A DNA stretch of 64,000 nt, taken from positions 5,216,001 through 5,280,000 of the forward strand of contig OY762007.1 in assembly GCA_963665115.1 (NCBI GenBank), in the 5' to 3' direction. A program made the translations under genes and the position numbers. The notes below the pieces were generated by a model. It made no database searches, had not been told where the DNA came from, and was given only the letters and a program-made list of their open reading frames with translations. Below, piece after piece: positions 28,611-40,452 of the stretch; position 1 is the first letter of the stretch, and each line of letters begins with the position of its first letter. The DNA comes from an uncultured Rivularia sp. (GTDB taxonomy: Bacteria > Cyanobacteriota > Cyanobacteriia > Cyanobacteriales > Nostocaceae).

Positions 28611-31600
28611 GTGACTCCCCGCGCAAACCAAATCCAAAGTATGATTGCAGATATTGATAAATTACTCGCTCACAAAGGTAAGCGGTTGTGGGGGGTGATT
28701 TCTTCTCAAGAAGAACCACGTGAAGTTTTACAGCGTATTCGGGATTTCCTCGCGAATGAAGGGGAAGGCAGTGGCGATAATTCTTCGCAAGCACAATTAC
28801 CTCCTTTGGTAGCAAAATTTATTGAAGGAAACCAGGATAGTGGAGAGTCACAGCAGCCACAATCTACTGAAAATCTGCTCTCTGAGTTAATACAGCCGCT
28901 TAAATTAGAATTAAAAACGCTATCTGAAGAAAGAGCCAATTTGGTTAGTGAAATCCGCGAGTTGGAAAAAAAGCGGCTGCATGATTATTCTCTAGCGCAA
29001 CAGTTGGCTTCTCAGGAGAAAATAATTTCTGAATTCATGCAGGTGCTAAGGAGTCGCTTGCAAGATGATATCGTAGTGGGTAATTCTGTAACATATGAAG
29101 ATAGTAGTGCTAATACCATTACCAGGAAAGCTCTCCCCGCTTCTAGCGATAGAGTAGATTCTGGACGGGTAGAAAATTTAACTAAATTAACCAACGATTT
29201 AGACCAACGTTTGGTCGCTTTAGATGGTACGGTAAATGTTGTTTTTGAAGCATTACAGCGCAACATTCACGCTTATCATGATTCCTTGTCCCAAGCATTA
29301 TCAAGAATGCATTATAAGGGAGTTCAAGGAGAGCAACTGCTAGAAAGTTTTATTAAAAACGTTGCTAATCTCTCACCTTCTCAAGCGAATTCGGAACTCA
29401 TCAAGCAAGCAACAGATGACATAACTGTTGAGACTATTGATGCTCAAAGTGTTGAATCAACCCAAGTCAATCATCAGTTACAAAACGATTTTGAACCTGT
29501 TGAAAGCAATGAATTTGAAAGTGATGAGTATAATCAAGATACTAACGATAATTTAGTCGTTACTCCCGACGAAACTATTGATAGTATTGAATTCTCTCAA
29601 TCTCAAGAGATTTTGGATGATTCTTCTAATGTTACTTCCGATTTAGAAACAGTTATTTCTCAACTTGAAGAAGATGCAAGTGAAGATTTAACTGAAGAGA
29701 AACATCAAGAATTAGAGCCGGACAACTCTGTAAGTAAAGATTTAACTGAAGAAAGTAATCAAGAATTAGAGCCGGACAATTTTGTAAGTGAAAATTTAAC
29801 TGAAGAAAATAATCAAGACTTAGAGCCGGATAATTATTTAGAAGTAGAGTTTCCGGAAGAAAGAGTAGAAGAAGAAGAAAAAGAAATAGTCGTAGAATCT
29901 GATGCTTTTGATTCTCCGGAAAAAATGCAAGCAGTATTGACTGAGTTGAAAAAACCAACTTCTCAGAAAGAAGAATTAGCAGCAGATACTTCTTCAGACA
30001 ATGAAGATGAAGTTGATGAACTTTACGCTAGCTTATTCGATAGCGATATTTCTACTACTTCCAATCCTCAACCTCCTCAACAAGTTATAACTCAAGCTAT
30101 TGATGTAGAAAATCTTCCCACATCCACATCCACATCAACAGAAATTGATTCGCAATTACAACAAACACAAATAGAAGAAGAAAAAGAAGTAGTTTCTGAG
30201 GAAGTGGTTTTTGAATATGTCCCCCCATCATCAACTGTAGATCCTTCGTCAGTTGGAGATCCTTGGATTAATCGCGGTAATCAAGCCTCAGCCCCCGATA
30301 GTGAATCTACTATTGAATTTAAACAAAATCCACCACAGTTAAATCAAGCCGCTGCAAAAACCTATAAACGGAAACAAGCAGCAAGTGAAGATACAGTTAC
30401 AACACTTACAGAACTTTTATTTGAAGAAGCACCACCGGAAGTAGCAGATGAGGTGCCAACGCAACAAGAAGAAACCGCTACACCCGAAGTACAGCATCAA
30501 GTTGTGGCTCTAACAGAAGAAACCAGCACACCAGAAGTACGGCAACCGAATCAGCCAGAAGCCGTTATTCAACCAACATATAAACCACAGTTACAGGAAA
30601 TTACCCTTCCCGCAACTTCCCTTCGTCAACCAGATAAAGAGAAAGAAGCGACAACTCAAGCCAGTGCTTTAGATACTCCACTCCCCCAAACCGAAAAAAC
30701 TGTTGCTCCAGATGAACAAAACCTCTCGCAAAACACTTTACCTCCTGTTACCAGTACCGAAATTCCTTCCATAAACCCCAGCCATACAGTTTGGTATTTG
30801 GGACTAGATATAGGCACCACCGGGATTTCCGCTGCATTGTTAAATCGTTCCACAACAGAAATACATCCGGTTTACTGGGCACAGGAAAACCAATCCCAAA
30901 CAAATTCTCAAAATCGGAATTTCCGTTTACCGGCTGAAGTTTATCTTCCCAAAACTTCTATTAGCCAAGAGAAAGGGGAAAATTCCGCCGAACAAAATAT
31001 TTATTCAGCATATTTAAAACCATATTTACCAATTTCTCTTCCTTACAAAAGCATTTCACAAACGGCTTCGAGCGAAGTACGTCAAAAATGGGAACCAATA
31101 CTGCAACTTAACGAATTCTCCGCAGTTTCCCTTAGTTTGGATTATCCGTTCCCTTTCAAAATTGCTATTAACTTTAAAATCCGATTCCAATAGCACCACT
31201 CTGGGATTAACCGCTACTGCAATCGGGATCGAAAAAGAGCGATTTAGCGATATAATTAACAACATCGCCGGTATAATTTGTACTTGTCCTTCCGAATGGT
31301 CAGAACAATATCGCTTTAATATTCGAGAATCGTTACTTATTTCTCAATTAGTAGAACATCCCCAACAAGTCTTTTTTGTCGAAGAAGCCATAGCCAGCTT
31401 ACTAGGAGAACTTGAAGGTGCTAACGGTGAAATAGTAAAACTAGTACAAAACGAAAATTCGGCTTCTACAGTCACGAGCGATCGCCATCTTTTAGGCAAC
31501 ACTTTAGTCATCAATATCGGAGCCAGCGCTACCGAAATGACATTAGTAGATATACCTGAAGACTTGCAGGATTTATCACATAACGAGTTTATGCTCCACG

Positions 31601-32652
31601 GCTTTACCTGCGGTGGAAAAGCAATGGAGCAAGATATAATCACTCAATTACTACTACCCGCAAAATGGCGTAAATCGCGCAATTCTGAATCGAACGATCC
31701 GAATACCGATAATAATCCCCTACATTGGAAACCTAATATTCCCGGCTTAGAAGATATACGTTTTTCCAGCCTGGGCTTAGAACAATTAGAACTACCTCGC
31801 GCTGGCGAACCCGATATCAGTCAACGCATTCGCTTACAGCAAAGACTCGAAAGTTCACCCTTGGGTAAAGCCCTACTAGATGCGGCGATCGCCCTTAAAT
31901 TAATTTTGCAGCACCAAGAATCTTTTACCATCGAGCTATCAGATCAAAGATGGGAATTGCAGCGAAGAGACTTAGAATCTCAAGTATTCGTCCCCTTCGT
32001 TCGTCGCATCAACCGCGAACTAAATAAACTATTAGTAGCACGCGGTATACCCACAGAAGCCATCAATCAAATTGTTCTTAGCGGTGGAGTCTCATCCATA
32101 AGCGCAATTAGCCGTTGGCTACAGCAAAAACTTCCCAGCGCCAAAATTATTCAAGAAAAGTATCTTGGAGAAAACGGCACTCCCGCAACTTCTCGCGTTG
32201 CAAATGGATTATGCGTTTTACCCCTGCATCCTTTAGTCTTAGAAATACCCAGACAGCAATACACCGATTATTTCTTATTTACCGAATTACTGCGACTAAT
32301 ACCAGAAAAAGCCACCACCTTTGGTGAAATAATCCAGCTATTTGAATCCCGTGGTATCAACACTCGCACCTGTCAGCAACGTTTATTAGCCTTTTTAGAA
32401 GGAGAAATACCACCTGGTTTAGTGCCAAGCAGCCAAGATATGCAGTGGCTAAACCAAAGTTCCACCCAAAACTCCAACTACAAATCAATTAGCGCATCGC
32501 CATTATTCGACAAACAAGGAAGTCTTTCCTACCGTCCCAATTTGCGACAATTGCAGCATTTACGCGATTATCTTGACGCAATCAAAGCCAGCGCCCATCA
32601 GTCTTTAGAAGAACCCTATACCGTTAACTTTGCCGTTGGAGTGAGTGAGTAG
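28611..32652 (+). pseudogene. Large coiled-coil/acidic protein with C-terminal Hsp70/actin-like ATPase fold, split by a +1 frameshift at ~31129-31131 (probably an assembly error)
   Basis: LGLDIGTTG, VINIGAS, IVLSGG motifs; removing one C restores SLVWIIRSLSKLLLTL; AAGGA RBS before GTG 28611. Confidence 0.72.
29680..29842 (+). repeat. Three 54-bp coding tandem repeats (SEDLTEE..QELEPDN)
   Basis: Visible in DNA and protein. Confidence 0.85.
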
Positions 32653-33020
32653 GGGATGGGGAGACAAGGGGACATGATTAAAGTAGTGAGTAGTGAGTAA
32701 TGAGTAATGAGTAACAAGTCGCGAGTAAAAATAGACGGGCAGAAGTAGCGACATTTATGACAATAATGAAAAAGTGATTCACTTGCTAATCTCTACTCCC
32801 TACTCCTAACTCCTAACTATTGCCAATTACCCATGCCCCATGCCCAATTCCCAACTGCCTACATATTTTGTACACAAAAATTATAAAAAATACGTAAATT
32901 TTATAATCATGGGATGTGATTAGAAGATTGTGTAAATTTGAAGTCTTTGCTTCCTGTCACGCAACCTTTTTGTCTATATTAGCACTGGGAACTGTTGTAA
33001 TTAAGTAATAGCACTGAAAA

Positions 33021-33725
33021 ATGGTCTTCAATGTTACTTCCGCACCAAAACGTGCTAAGAATCGGGACTTAATTTTAATGAGTCCACCTGAATCATTTAA
33101 TTTGAGTTACCAATTGACTCATCCTTCACAAGTAAGTATCGCGAAAAGATTGATTGACATAGTAGGAGCTATTGTTGGATTGATGATAACTGCTGCGATC
33201 GCGATTCCAGTAGCAATTGTCAGTTTGTTAGATAATCCCGGTTCCGTTTTTTACAGTCAAATTCGCTGCGGTCATAATGGAAGGGCTTTCCGTATATGGA
33301 AATTTCGTTCCATGATTAAAGATGCCGATCAACTCAAGCATTTGGTAAAGAACGAAGCCAGCGGCCATATATTTAAATGTGCGGAAGATCCACGTATCAC
33401 CAAAGTAGGTAAATTTTTGCGTCGTACCAGTTTAGATGAACTACCTCAATTCTGGAACGTACTCAAAGGGGAAATGAGTTTGGTTGGAACTCGTCCACCA
33501 ACTCCCGATGAGGTAATGCAATATCAACCGCATCATTGGGAAAGGTTGCGAGTCAAGCCCGGAATTACCGGAGAATGGCAAGCTAACGGACGTTCCAGCA
33601 TCAAAGATTTTGAAGATATAGTCAAAATGGATTTAGATTATCAGCGTAAATGGTCTATATCTTACGATTTGTTTTTGATATTTAAAACAATTTGGGTAGT
33701 ATTTAATAAAAGTGGTGCTTGTTAG
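33021..33725 (+). CDS. Sugar transferase (Bac_transf, WcaJ/WbaP-like)
   Basis: KRLIDI, KFRSM, DPRITKVG.FLRRTSLDELPQFWNVLKGEMSLVG.RP, KPGITG. Confidence 0.92.
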   Translation: MVFNVTSAPKRAKNRDLILMSPPESFNLSYQLTHPSQVSIAKRLIDIVGAIVGLMITAAIAIPVAIVSLLDNPGSVFYSQIRCGHNGRAFRIWKFRSMIKDADQLKHLVKNEASGHIFKCAEDPRITKVGKFLRRTSLDELPQFWNVLKGEMSLVGTRPPTPDEVMQYQPHHWERLRVKPGITGEWQANGRSSIKDFEDIVKMDLDYQRKWSISYDLFLIFKTIWVVFNKSGAC

Positions 33726-33958
33726 ATTAGTTCGTGTATTGATGGTTGTAATTTATTTTTGACTTTGACAAAAAAATAGTTGCTGTAAGTTTTGTTAGTA
33801 ACGGGAACGATAAAAATATAAATATTCAGGGCTTTACTACTTTCTATGAAATTTTGCTTAAATTTGACCCTCTAGTCTCCTTAATTATTAGGAAGATTAG
33901 GGGGTTTAAACTTGTTTGTGAGAAAACGTTTTTTGTATTGTAATTCCAATTAATTTCC

Positions 33959-34039
33959 GTAGTGCGTTAGCGCAGCGTGTCCGACAGGACATACATCTTG
34001 CTCGCTGGTTGTAACGAGGGAGCGAGACGCTCCCACTAC
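33959..34039. repeat. GTAG REP doublet interrupted by a 27-nt hairpin insert
   Basis: GTAGTGCG[TTAGCGCAGCGTGTCCGACAGGACATA]CATCTTGCTCGC ... GGGAGCGAGACGCTCCCACTAC. Confidence 0.65.
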
Positions 34040-34107
34040 ATTTTTATTATCCAGCAAAATTAATGTGGCGAACCACTAAGTATTCCACCAGATTAAATTT
34101 ACCTTTT

Positions 34108-34214
34108 TACAGCACTTTGCAGATGAATGAGGTACAAAGCTATATTCTAAAAGTCTTGTGGGATGGGCATCCCTGCCCGTCCGAATGTACTTCACCAAAG
34201 TCAAATATGCTGTA
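34108..34214 (+). mobile_element. TA-bounded MITE (TACAGCA...TGCTGTA family) carrying GTGGGATGGGC..GCCCGTCC hairpin
   Basis: Colinear with the reverse complement of 26733-26882. Confidence 0.8.
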
Positions 34215-34785
34215 ACCCAGTTTCCGTACAAATGCTCCCTAACTTCTTATCCCAAGCTTCTACAGGTACTTGAGGTAAATAAGCGTTGGCAAACACAATA
34301 CCGATTGTTGGAATTGATTCCCATTCTGGAGAACCTAACAAACGGTCATAATATCCCCCACCGTAACCCAAACGATAGCTTTGATAGTCACAAGCAACGC
34401 AAGGAACTAGAATTAAATCGACTTGAGAAGGATTAATTATTGGTGCATCGGGATATGGCTCGCGAATTCCGTATTTACCAGCGATCAATTTATCTTCAGG
34501 TGTCCAAAGATGCCAAATCAAGGATTTATCGACACAGCGAGGAAATCCCCAATTTTTCGTATTTTTAAACGTATTGTCGGAAAATAAATAACTTAAATCG
34601 GGTTCTTGCCGAAAGCTAAAATAAGCAAGTACCGTTTTAGCATTGGTAAATAAACTTGAATTAGAAAGATTTGTACAAATAGCTTGACTTTTTCCCCGCC
34701 ATTCATTTTGTGCAAGAGATTGACGTTGTTTAATAAGATTGCGACGTAATTCTGCTTTTTCTAATTGATTTTTTGTAGAGTTCAT
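34201..34785 (-). CDS. 5-formyltetrahydrofolate cyclo-ligase
   Basis: EPDL, YGIREP, DLILVPCVACD...RLGYGGGYYDR, WD. Confidence 0.92.
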   Translation of the reverse strand: MNSTKNQLEKAELRRNLIKQRQSLAQNEWRGKSQAICTNLSNSSLFTNAKTVLAYFSFRQEPDLSYLFSDNTFKNTKNWGFPRCVDKSLIWHLWTPEDKLIAGKYGIREPYPDAPIINPSQVDLILVPCVACDYQSYRLGYGGGYYDRLLGSPEWESIPTIGIVFANAYLPQVPVEAWDKKLGSICTETGLQHI

Positions 34786-34874
34786 GATTTTCTTAAGAAA
34801 CTGATTTGTCGAAGCTTTGAAAAATTTTATAGTATAAAAAAGTTGCTTTTTGCTTTTAATATTTAAAGTTGAAT

Positions 34875-35804
34875 ATGAATAATAACTCATTACAGACCCT
34901 TTCAATAGATTTTAATCAAGAAAAAGAAGAAGGATATAAAAGAATTTTTAAACGCTCTCCACTTTTTTCTAGTCAATCTGTTGGCTGGGATAACCTGGGG
35001 ATTATTTACGATAGACAACCTCCAATCGAATTACCAAAAACTTCTCTCAAGCAGCATTGTATTGGAATTTTGACCGATATCCCATCAACCATTCAAACAG
35101 ACAGAACAATTGATGGACGTTTCGTAGAAGAACATAATGTCCAAGGAGATTTGATTATTGTTCCTGCTAACACAACTCATCAAGCAGCATGGTATAGCGA
35201 AGGTAGTTCGGTTGCAATAGTGATTGATCCTACGGTTTTTGCTCAAACTATTTACGAAGTAGTCGATCCAGATAAAGTAGAACTTTTACCGCAATTTGCA
35301 ACTTCCGATCCATTTGTTTATCAAATCGGAGTAGCGCTGAAATCGGCTTTAACCAAAAACGGTTACACCAGTCGTCTTTATGCAGAAACTTTAATTAATG
35401 CGCTTATCCTTCATTTATTAGAGCATTATTCGACTACTCGTATAAATTCTTTTGAACCGATAGCGGGAACATTACCTCAATATAAATTACAGCAAACAAT
35501 TGATTACATTCATGCTTATCTCGACAGCGATTTAAGTTTAAATAAAATAGCAGCTTCCGTGCAAATGAGTCCTCATTATTTTTCGCGCCTATTTAAAGAA
35601 ACAACGGGATTTACACCACATCAATATGTAATTCGCTGTCGCATCGAACGAGCTAAAGATTTATTGAAACAAGGAAAATTATCCATTGCTGAAGTAGCCA
35701 AAGAAGTCGGTTTTGTAGATCAAAGTCATCTAAATCGATATTTTAAACGTCAGGTAGGAATTACTCCGAAAAACTTTTTACAACAGTATAATAAATCAAT
35801 TTGA
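34875..35804 (+). CDS. AraC family transcriptional regulator
   Basis: C-terminal double HTH MSPHYFSRLFK...GFVDQSHL.R.FK..VG.TP. Confidence 0.92.
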   Translation: MNNNSLQTLSIDFNQEKEEGYKRIFKRSPLFSSQSVGWDNLGIIYDRQPPIELPKTSLKQHCIGILTDIPSTIQTDRTIDGRFVEEHNVQGDLIIVPANTTHQAAWYSEGSSVAIVIDPTVFAQTIYEVVDPDKVELLPQFATSDPFVYQIGVALKSALTKNGYTSRLYAETLINALILHLLEHYSTTRINSFEPIAGTLPQYKLQQTIDYIHAYLDSDLSLNKIAASVQMSPHYFSRLFKETTGFTPHQYVIRCRIERAKDLLKQGKLSIAEVAKEVGFVDQSHLNRYFKRQVGITPKNFLQQYNKSI

Positions 35805-35835
35805 ATAGGGAAATTGACGCTAAAAAAATTAGAAT

Positions 35836-35923
35836 AAACCTATCCCCCAACCCCTTTGCTTTAAGAAAAAGGGATCGATAATCAAAGCTTCTCTCCTGCA
35901 AAAAGAGAGGTTTGGAGAGATGT
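35836..35923. repeat. Degenerate double-hairpin dispersed repeat
   Basis: CCCCCAACCCCTTT..AAAAGGG ... CTCTC..GAGAGGTTTGGAGAG, resembling 15001-15143. Confidence 0.45.
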
Positions 35924-36046
35924 CAATTTTAGTTTTATATAAGAAATAGCAAGAATATCCAAAAATCGGAAGAATTTACAAGCTAATTACTCACCGAATT
36001 TTCAATACTGATTATTAGCAAAGTAATTCATAGAGCATTAGAAATA

Positions 36047-37036
36047 ATGAAAATTGAAACCAAAACCCAAATGTTAGAAGGTGCGCCTTGGTTGTTAGCG
36101 CATAAATCGATGCTCAAAATAAATAAACCACACAAAATTTCTCTTTATGGCAAAGACTATGTGATGTGGAAAGATAGCAAAGGCAATATTCAAGCTCTAC
36201 CGAATATTTGTCCTCATATGGGAGCCATGTTATCGGAAGGTTGGTGTGAAGCGAAACCGGATGATAAAAGTGAAGTTGTTTGTCCGTTTCATGCTCTGAA
36301 ATTTGACAGAGATGGCTGTACCGTTTTACCGGGAACAGATAAAAAGACATTGCCACAAATGCAGCCTTTAGAGCTAATTGTTCGAGATGATTTTATTTGG
36401 AGTTATGGGGATTATCAACCTCATGTTCCCATCCCCGATATTTTAGAAAAAATCTCTCAAAAATACGAATTTATTGGTTATACGGCAGATACTAGCGTTA
36501 AAACAGATTTGAAATCGATGCTATTAAATATGCACGATTACAATCATCAAAATGGTACCCACCGAGATTTATTTGAAATTACCGAAGTCAGGTTTGAAAA
36601 GTTTATCGACAATGGCTATCATTCCGAGGCTTTTTTCAATGCTCCTACCGCACCTAAAACTTTCTGGGAAAAGCTCAAGCAACCCAAGCAATTTTTACTT
36701 CCTGAAGTTATCGAAGCTCATTTAGAAAACTATTTTCCATCATTAGTTATTTTTCATGGTAATAACTCTTTTGGAAAACTTGCTCAATGCCATCTATTTG
36801 TTCCAGAATCGTCAACGAAAACTCGAACCTATATCCTGTTGTTTGCGGAATTAAATAATCCTTTAGCCAAATTGTTAAAAAACCAATTTTTAGGATTAAG
36901 TAAAACAGTAGTAGAACAAGATACAAATATTTTAAATAAGATTTATCCCAATGCACCGCAAAAAATCAAGTTAAATAATGAAGTTGGGATGGATTGGGTG
37001 AAACATAACTTTAATACTTGGAAAAAACCAATATAA
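36047..37036 (+). CDS. Rieske 2Fe-2S oxygenase alpha subunit
   Basis: CPHMG...CPFH Rieske motif; DYNHQNGTH mononuclear iron motif. Confidence 0.88.
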   Translation: MKIETKTQMLEGAPWLLAHKSMLKINKPHKISLYGKDYVMWKDSKGNIQALPNICPHMGAMLSEGWCEAKPDDKSEVVCPFHALKFDRDGCTVLPGTDKKTLPQMQPLELIVRDDFIWSYGDYQPHVPIPDILEKISQKYEFIGYTADTSVKTDLKSMLLNMHDYNHQNGTHRDLFEITEVRFEKFIDNGYHSEAFFNAPTAPKTFWEKLKQPKQFLLPEVIEAHLENYFPSLVIFHGNNSFGKLAQCHLFVPESSTKTRTYILLFAELNNPLAKLLKNQFLGLSKTVVEQDTNILNKIYPNAPQKIKLNNEVGMDWVKHNFNTWKKPI

Positions 37037-37130
37037 AATTTGCTAGCTACGCTTTAAATTATGAATCTGAGGTTTGTCTCAAATTAGATTCTTGAATACA
37101 GCTTTGATATGTCATTCTACATATTTCCAC

Positions 37131-37159
37131 AAACCCGGTTTTTCTAAAAAACCGGGTTT
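37131..37159. repeat. Palindrome AAACCCGGTTTTT-CTA-AAAAACCGGGTTT (dispersed repeat or terminator)
   Basis: Perfect inverted repeat. Confidence 0.6.
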
Positions 37160-37207
37160 CTCAATTCTCAACTTGCATTTATAATTCTAATTTTACTAGT
37201 CAAAATA

Positions 37208-37621
37208 ATGAATCAAAGCTATATCGAATATGAACAGACGCGCAATATCTCTATCGATGACATTTTAAATCTTTATAACGCTAATAATTGGTCGTCAGCA
37301 AAGAAATCCAACGAATTATACAATGCTCTGATGAATTCCCACTCACTCGTAACAGCTTGGGATAAAGAGAAACTAGTCGGCTTAGTAAATTCAATTACCG
37401 ACGGTTATTTGGTTGTTTACTACCCGCATTTATTAGTTTTGCCGAAATACCAAAAACAAGGCATCGGCTTAAATTTATTAAAAATAATTACTCAAAAATA
37501 TCAAGACTTTCACCAACAGATATTAGTCGCAGAAGCTGAAACCGTTGATTTTTATCATAAATGTGGTTTTCGCAAAGCAGGTGATACCCAAGCAATGTGG
37601 ATTTATCATGGCGAAAATTAA
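37208..37621 (+). CDS. GNAT family N-acetyltransferase
   Basis: LLVLPKYQKQGIG, FYHKCGF. Confidence 0.88.
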   Translation: MNQSYIEYEQTRNISIDDILNLYNANNWSSAKKSNELYNALMNSHSLVTAWDKEKLVGLVNSITDGYLVVYYPHLLVLPKYQKQGIGLNLLKIITQKYQDFHQQILVAEAETVDFYHKCGFRKAGDTQAMWIYHGEN

Positions 37622-37672
37622 ATTATCCCTCTCCTTAATAAGGAGAGGGAAAAGGGTGAGATTCTTTAATAT

Positions 37673-38629
37673 CTACGCTACAGGTTGAGCGGCATTTTCG
37701 CGCCACCATTTAACAGTATTTTTCAAACCTTCTTTGAATCCTATTTGAGCGGTGAAATCAAATTCTTTCTTTGCTCTTTCGGTATCCAAACAGCGACGGG
37801 GTTGTCCATTTGGCTTGTCGGTTTGCCATACGATTTCACCGTCAAATTCCATCACTTCGCAAATTGTAGTAATCAAGTCGCGAATAGAAATTTCAGAACC
37901 AGTTCCTAAATTAACTGGCTCCGCGCCATTGTAAGATTGAGTACCCATGACAATACCCCGCGCTGCATCTTCGGAATACAAAAATTCGCGGGTTGGGCTG
38001 CCATCACCCCAAACGGGAATCTGTTTTTCTCCCTTATCTTGGGCTTCCTGAACTTTACGAATTAATGCCGGGATGACGTGAGAACTTTTAGGATCGAAGT
38101 TATCTTCCGGACCATATAAGTTTACTGGTAGTAAATATATTCCGTTAAAACCGTACTGCTGGCGATAAGCCTGTAATTGCACTAGCAGAGCTTTTTTAGC
38201 AATCCCGTAAGGTGCATTGGTTATTTCTGGGTAGCCATTCCAGAGGTCATCTTCTTTAAATGGTACGGGAGTAAGATTAGGATAAGCGCAGATAGTGCCG
38301 ACACAAGTAAATTTCTCCACACCAGCTTCATAAGCAGCATGAATCAACTGGGTTCCCATCATCAAGTTGTCATAGAATAACTCGGCAGGTTTTTCACGAT
38401 TAAGACCGATACCGCCAACGTGTGCCGCTAAGTGAACTACAATATCTTGACGATCAACCGCACGCTTGCAGTTTTCCATCACGCACAAATCGTAATCTCT
38501 AGAACGAGGTACGGTAATTTTACCGCTATCTGCACCTGCTTTGATAAGTTTGTCTACTACTTGACGACCTAAAAAACCTGCTCCGCCCGTTACCAGAATT
38601 CTTTTATTCTTTAAGTCTAATGCGCTCAT
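37673..38629 (-). CDS. fcl: GDP-L-fucose synthase
   Basis: [29 protein letters not shown]...[18 protein letters not shown]. Confidence 0.95.
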   Translation of the reverse strand: MSALDLKNKRILVTGGAGFLGRQVVDKLIKAGADSGKITVPRSRDYDLCVMENCKRAVDRQDIVVHLAAHVGGIGLNREKPAELFYDNLMMGTQLIHAAYEAGVEKFTCVGTICAYPNLTPVPFKEDDLWNGYPEITNAPYGIAKKALLVQLQAYRQQYGFNGIYLLPVNLYGPEDNFDPKSSHVIPALIRKVQEAQDKGEKQIPVWGDGSPTREFLYSEDAARGIVMGTQSYNGAEPVNLGTGSEISIRDLITTICEVMEFDGEIVWQTDKPNGQPRRCLDTERAKKEFDFTAQIGFKEGLKNTVKWWRENAAQPVA

Positions 38630-38726
38630 ATTTTCTTTTCGTCCTCGGGGGTATTAAAAGTATTAGGCAATCAAAATAATTTAGCCAGCTTTTCTTTAAT
38701 AGAAGATAATCGCTGGCTCTAGAAAT

Positions 38727-39806
38727 TTACATATGTAGTGCGCCTAATTCCTGGCGAATCATCGCATTGTCTTTAATTGCTGAAGCTACTTTATCACCGG
38801 GAGAAGTTAAACCTAAAGCCTGTAAATCTGCCTCTACCATTAAAGCAACGAGTTGTTCAAATGTTACAGATGGAGTCCAACCCAACTGCGTTCTAGCTTT
38901 AGTAGAATCTCCAATCAACAAGTCTACTTCCGCAGGACGTAAATAACGCTTGTCAAATTCTACATACTCTTGCCAATCAAGATTTACGTAGCTAAATGCT
39001 AACTCCAAAAACTCGCGTACAGAATGAGTTTCGTTTGTCGCAATTACATAATCATCGGGCTGTTCTTGCTGCAACATCATCCACATTGCCCGCACGTAAT
39101 CTTTTGCGTAACCCCAGTCTCTCTTGGAGTCTAGATTACCCATGTAAATGTTCTTCTGCTTACCAGCAACAATACGAGCAACCGCTCTAGTAATTTTGCG
39201 AGTTACGAAAGTTTCACCGCGACGAGGTGATTCGTGGTTAAACAAAATACCATTACACGCGAACATATCGTAAGATTCGCGGTAGTTAACAGTTTGCCAA
39301 TGGCCGTAAACTTTCGCACAAGCATAAGGGCTACGTGGGTAAAAAGGAGTTGTTTCCTTTTGTGGTACCGCCTGTACCAAGCCAAACATTTCTGAAGAAC
39401 CAGCTTGATAGAAGCGCATTTCAATACCAGTACGCTGCTGATAGTCGCGGATTGCTTCTAATATGCGTAAAGTTCCCATTCCTACAGCATCCACCGTGTA
39501 TTCAGGTGAATCAAAACTTACCCGTACATGGGATTGAGCGCCCAAGTTATAGATTTCTACAGGCTTGACCTCTTCAATAATCCGGCGTAGCGTCGTACCA
39601 TCGGTTAAGTCACCGTAATGAAGAAATAACTTTACTCCTTCTCTATGAGGATCTTCATATATATGGTCGATACGATCTGTATTAAATGTAGAAGTACGGC
39701 GAATAATACCGTGTACTTCATAACCTTGGTCTAATAAAAATTCACTTAGATAAGAACCGTCTTGTCCGGTAATACCAGTAATCAACGCTCGCTTTTGTTG
39801 GGTCAT
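38727..39806 (-). CDS. gmd: GDP-mannose 4,6-dehydratase
   Basis: [43 protein letters not shown]. Confidence 0.97.
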   Translation of the reverse strand: MTQQKRALITGITGQDGSYLSEFLLDQGYEVHGIIRRTSTFNTDRIDHIYEDPHREGVKLFLHYGDLTDGTTLRRIIEEVKPVEIYNLGAQSHVRVSFDSPEYTVDAVGMGTLRILEAIRDYQQRTGIEMRFYQAGSSEMFGLVQAVPQKETTPFYPRSPYACAKVYGHWQTVNYRESYDMFACNGILFNHESPRRGETFVTRKITRAVARIVAGKQKNIYMGNLDSKRDWGYAKDYVRAMWMMLQQEQPDDYVIATNETHSVREFLELAFSYVNLDWQEYVEFDKRYLRPAEVDLLIGDSTKARTQLGWTPSVTFEQLVALMVEADLQALGLTSPGDKVASAIKDNAMIRQELGALHM

Positions 39807-40452
39807 TCTCTCTATCCCTAATATTTTTTAATGAAATTAATACATGTAGCCCGGATATAAGTTAACAGGAATACACTTACCGTTCCAATGGGAAACCTAC
39901 GAGTTTTATTTCAGTAATATCTCGAATACCTAAGTAAATATGCTGACCCATCCCTTTCTAGGGTAAACCTCTCAAACGGTAACGAGAGATTGATTATGTT
40001 TCCAGTATATTTTTTCAATCTTCATAAATGCTTTATATATTTAATAGCTTTATAAAGATTAAATTATTTTTTTAGAAATGATTTTAAGTAGACATTTTTG
40101 TCAAATTCACCGTACCTTCATATAGGATGTCCGATTAGTGTGCCTAAGTACAATATAAGCAAAATATTATCTTAAAAAGCTATATTTAGTTTTCGCTCAA
40201 GTGTAAATAGAAACTGCCTCCAAATACCGATTTCATGAGAGGAAATCAAGCACTAAGTAGTAATTGTCTAAAAGTATTATTTGTAACGGACTAGCTGCAT
40301 TTATTCAGGTTAATATAGTAGCAAGTAAGCAAATTAAATCATCTTTTAATTGAATAGCTAGCTCTAATACTTCTCATACAAAAGTGAAGAACGGTCACAA
40401 TTAAATAGGGGCAACCAAGCTGCCCCGGAAAACTAAAAATCGGGCATTATTT

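Noticed and set aside
34786..34905. Head-to-head overlap of cyclo-ligase and AraC ORFs
   Set aside because: Artefact of the longest-ORF start; realistic ATGs at 34785 and 34875 do not overlap
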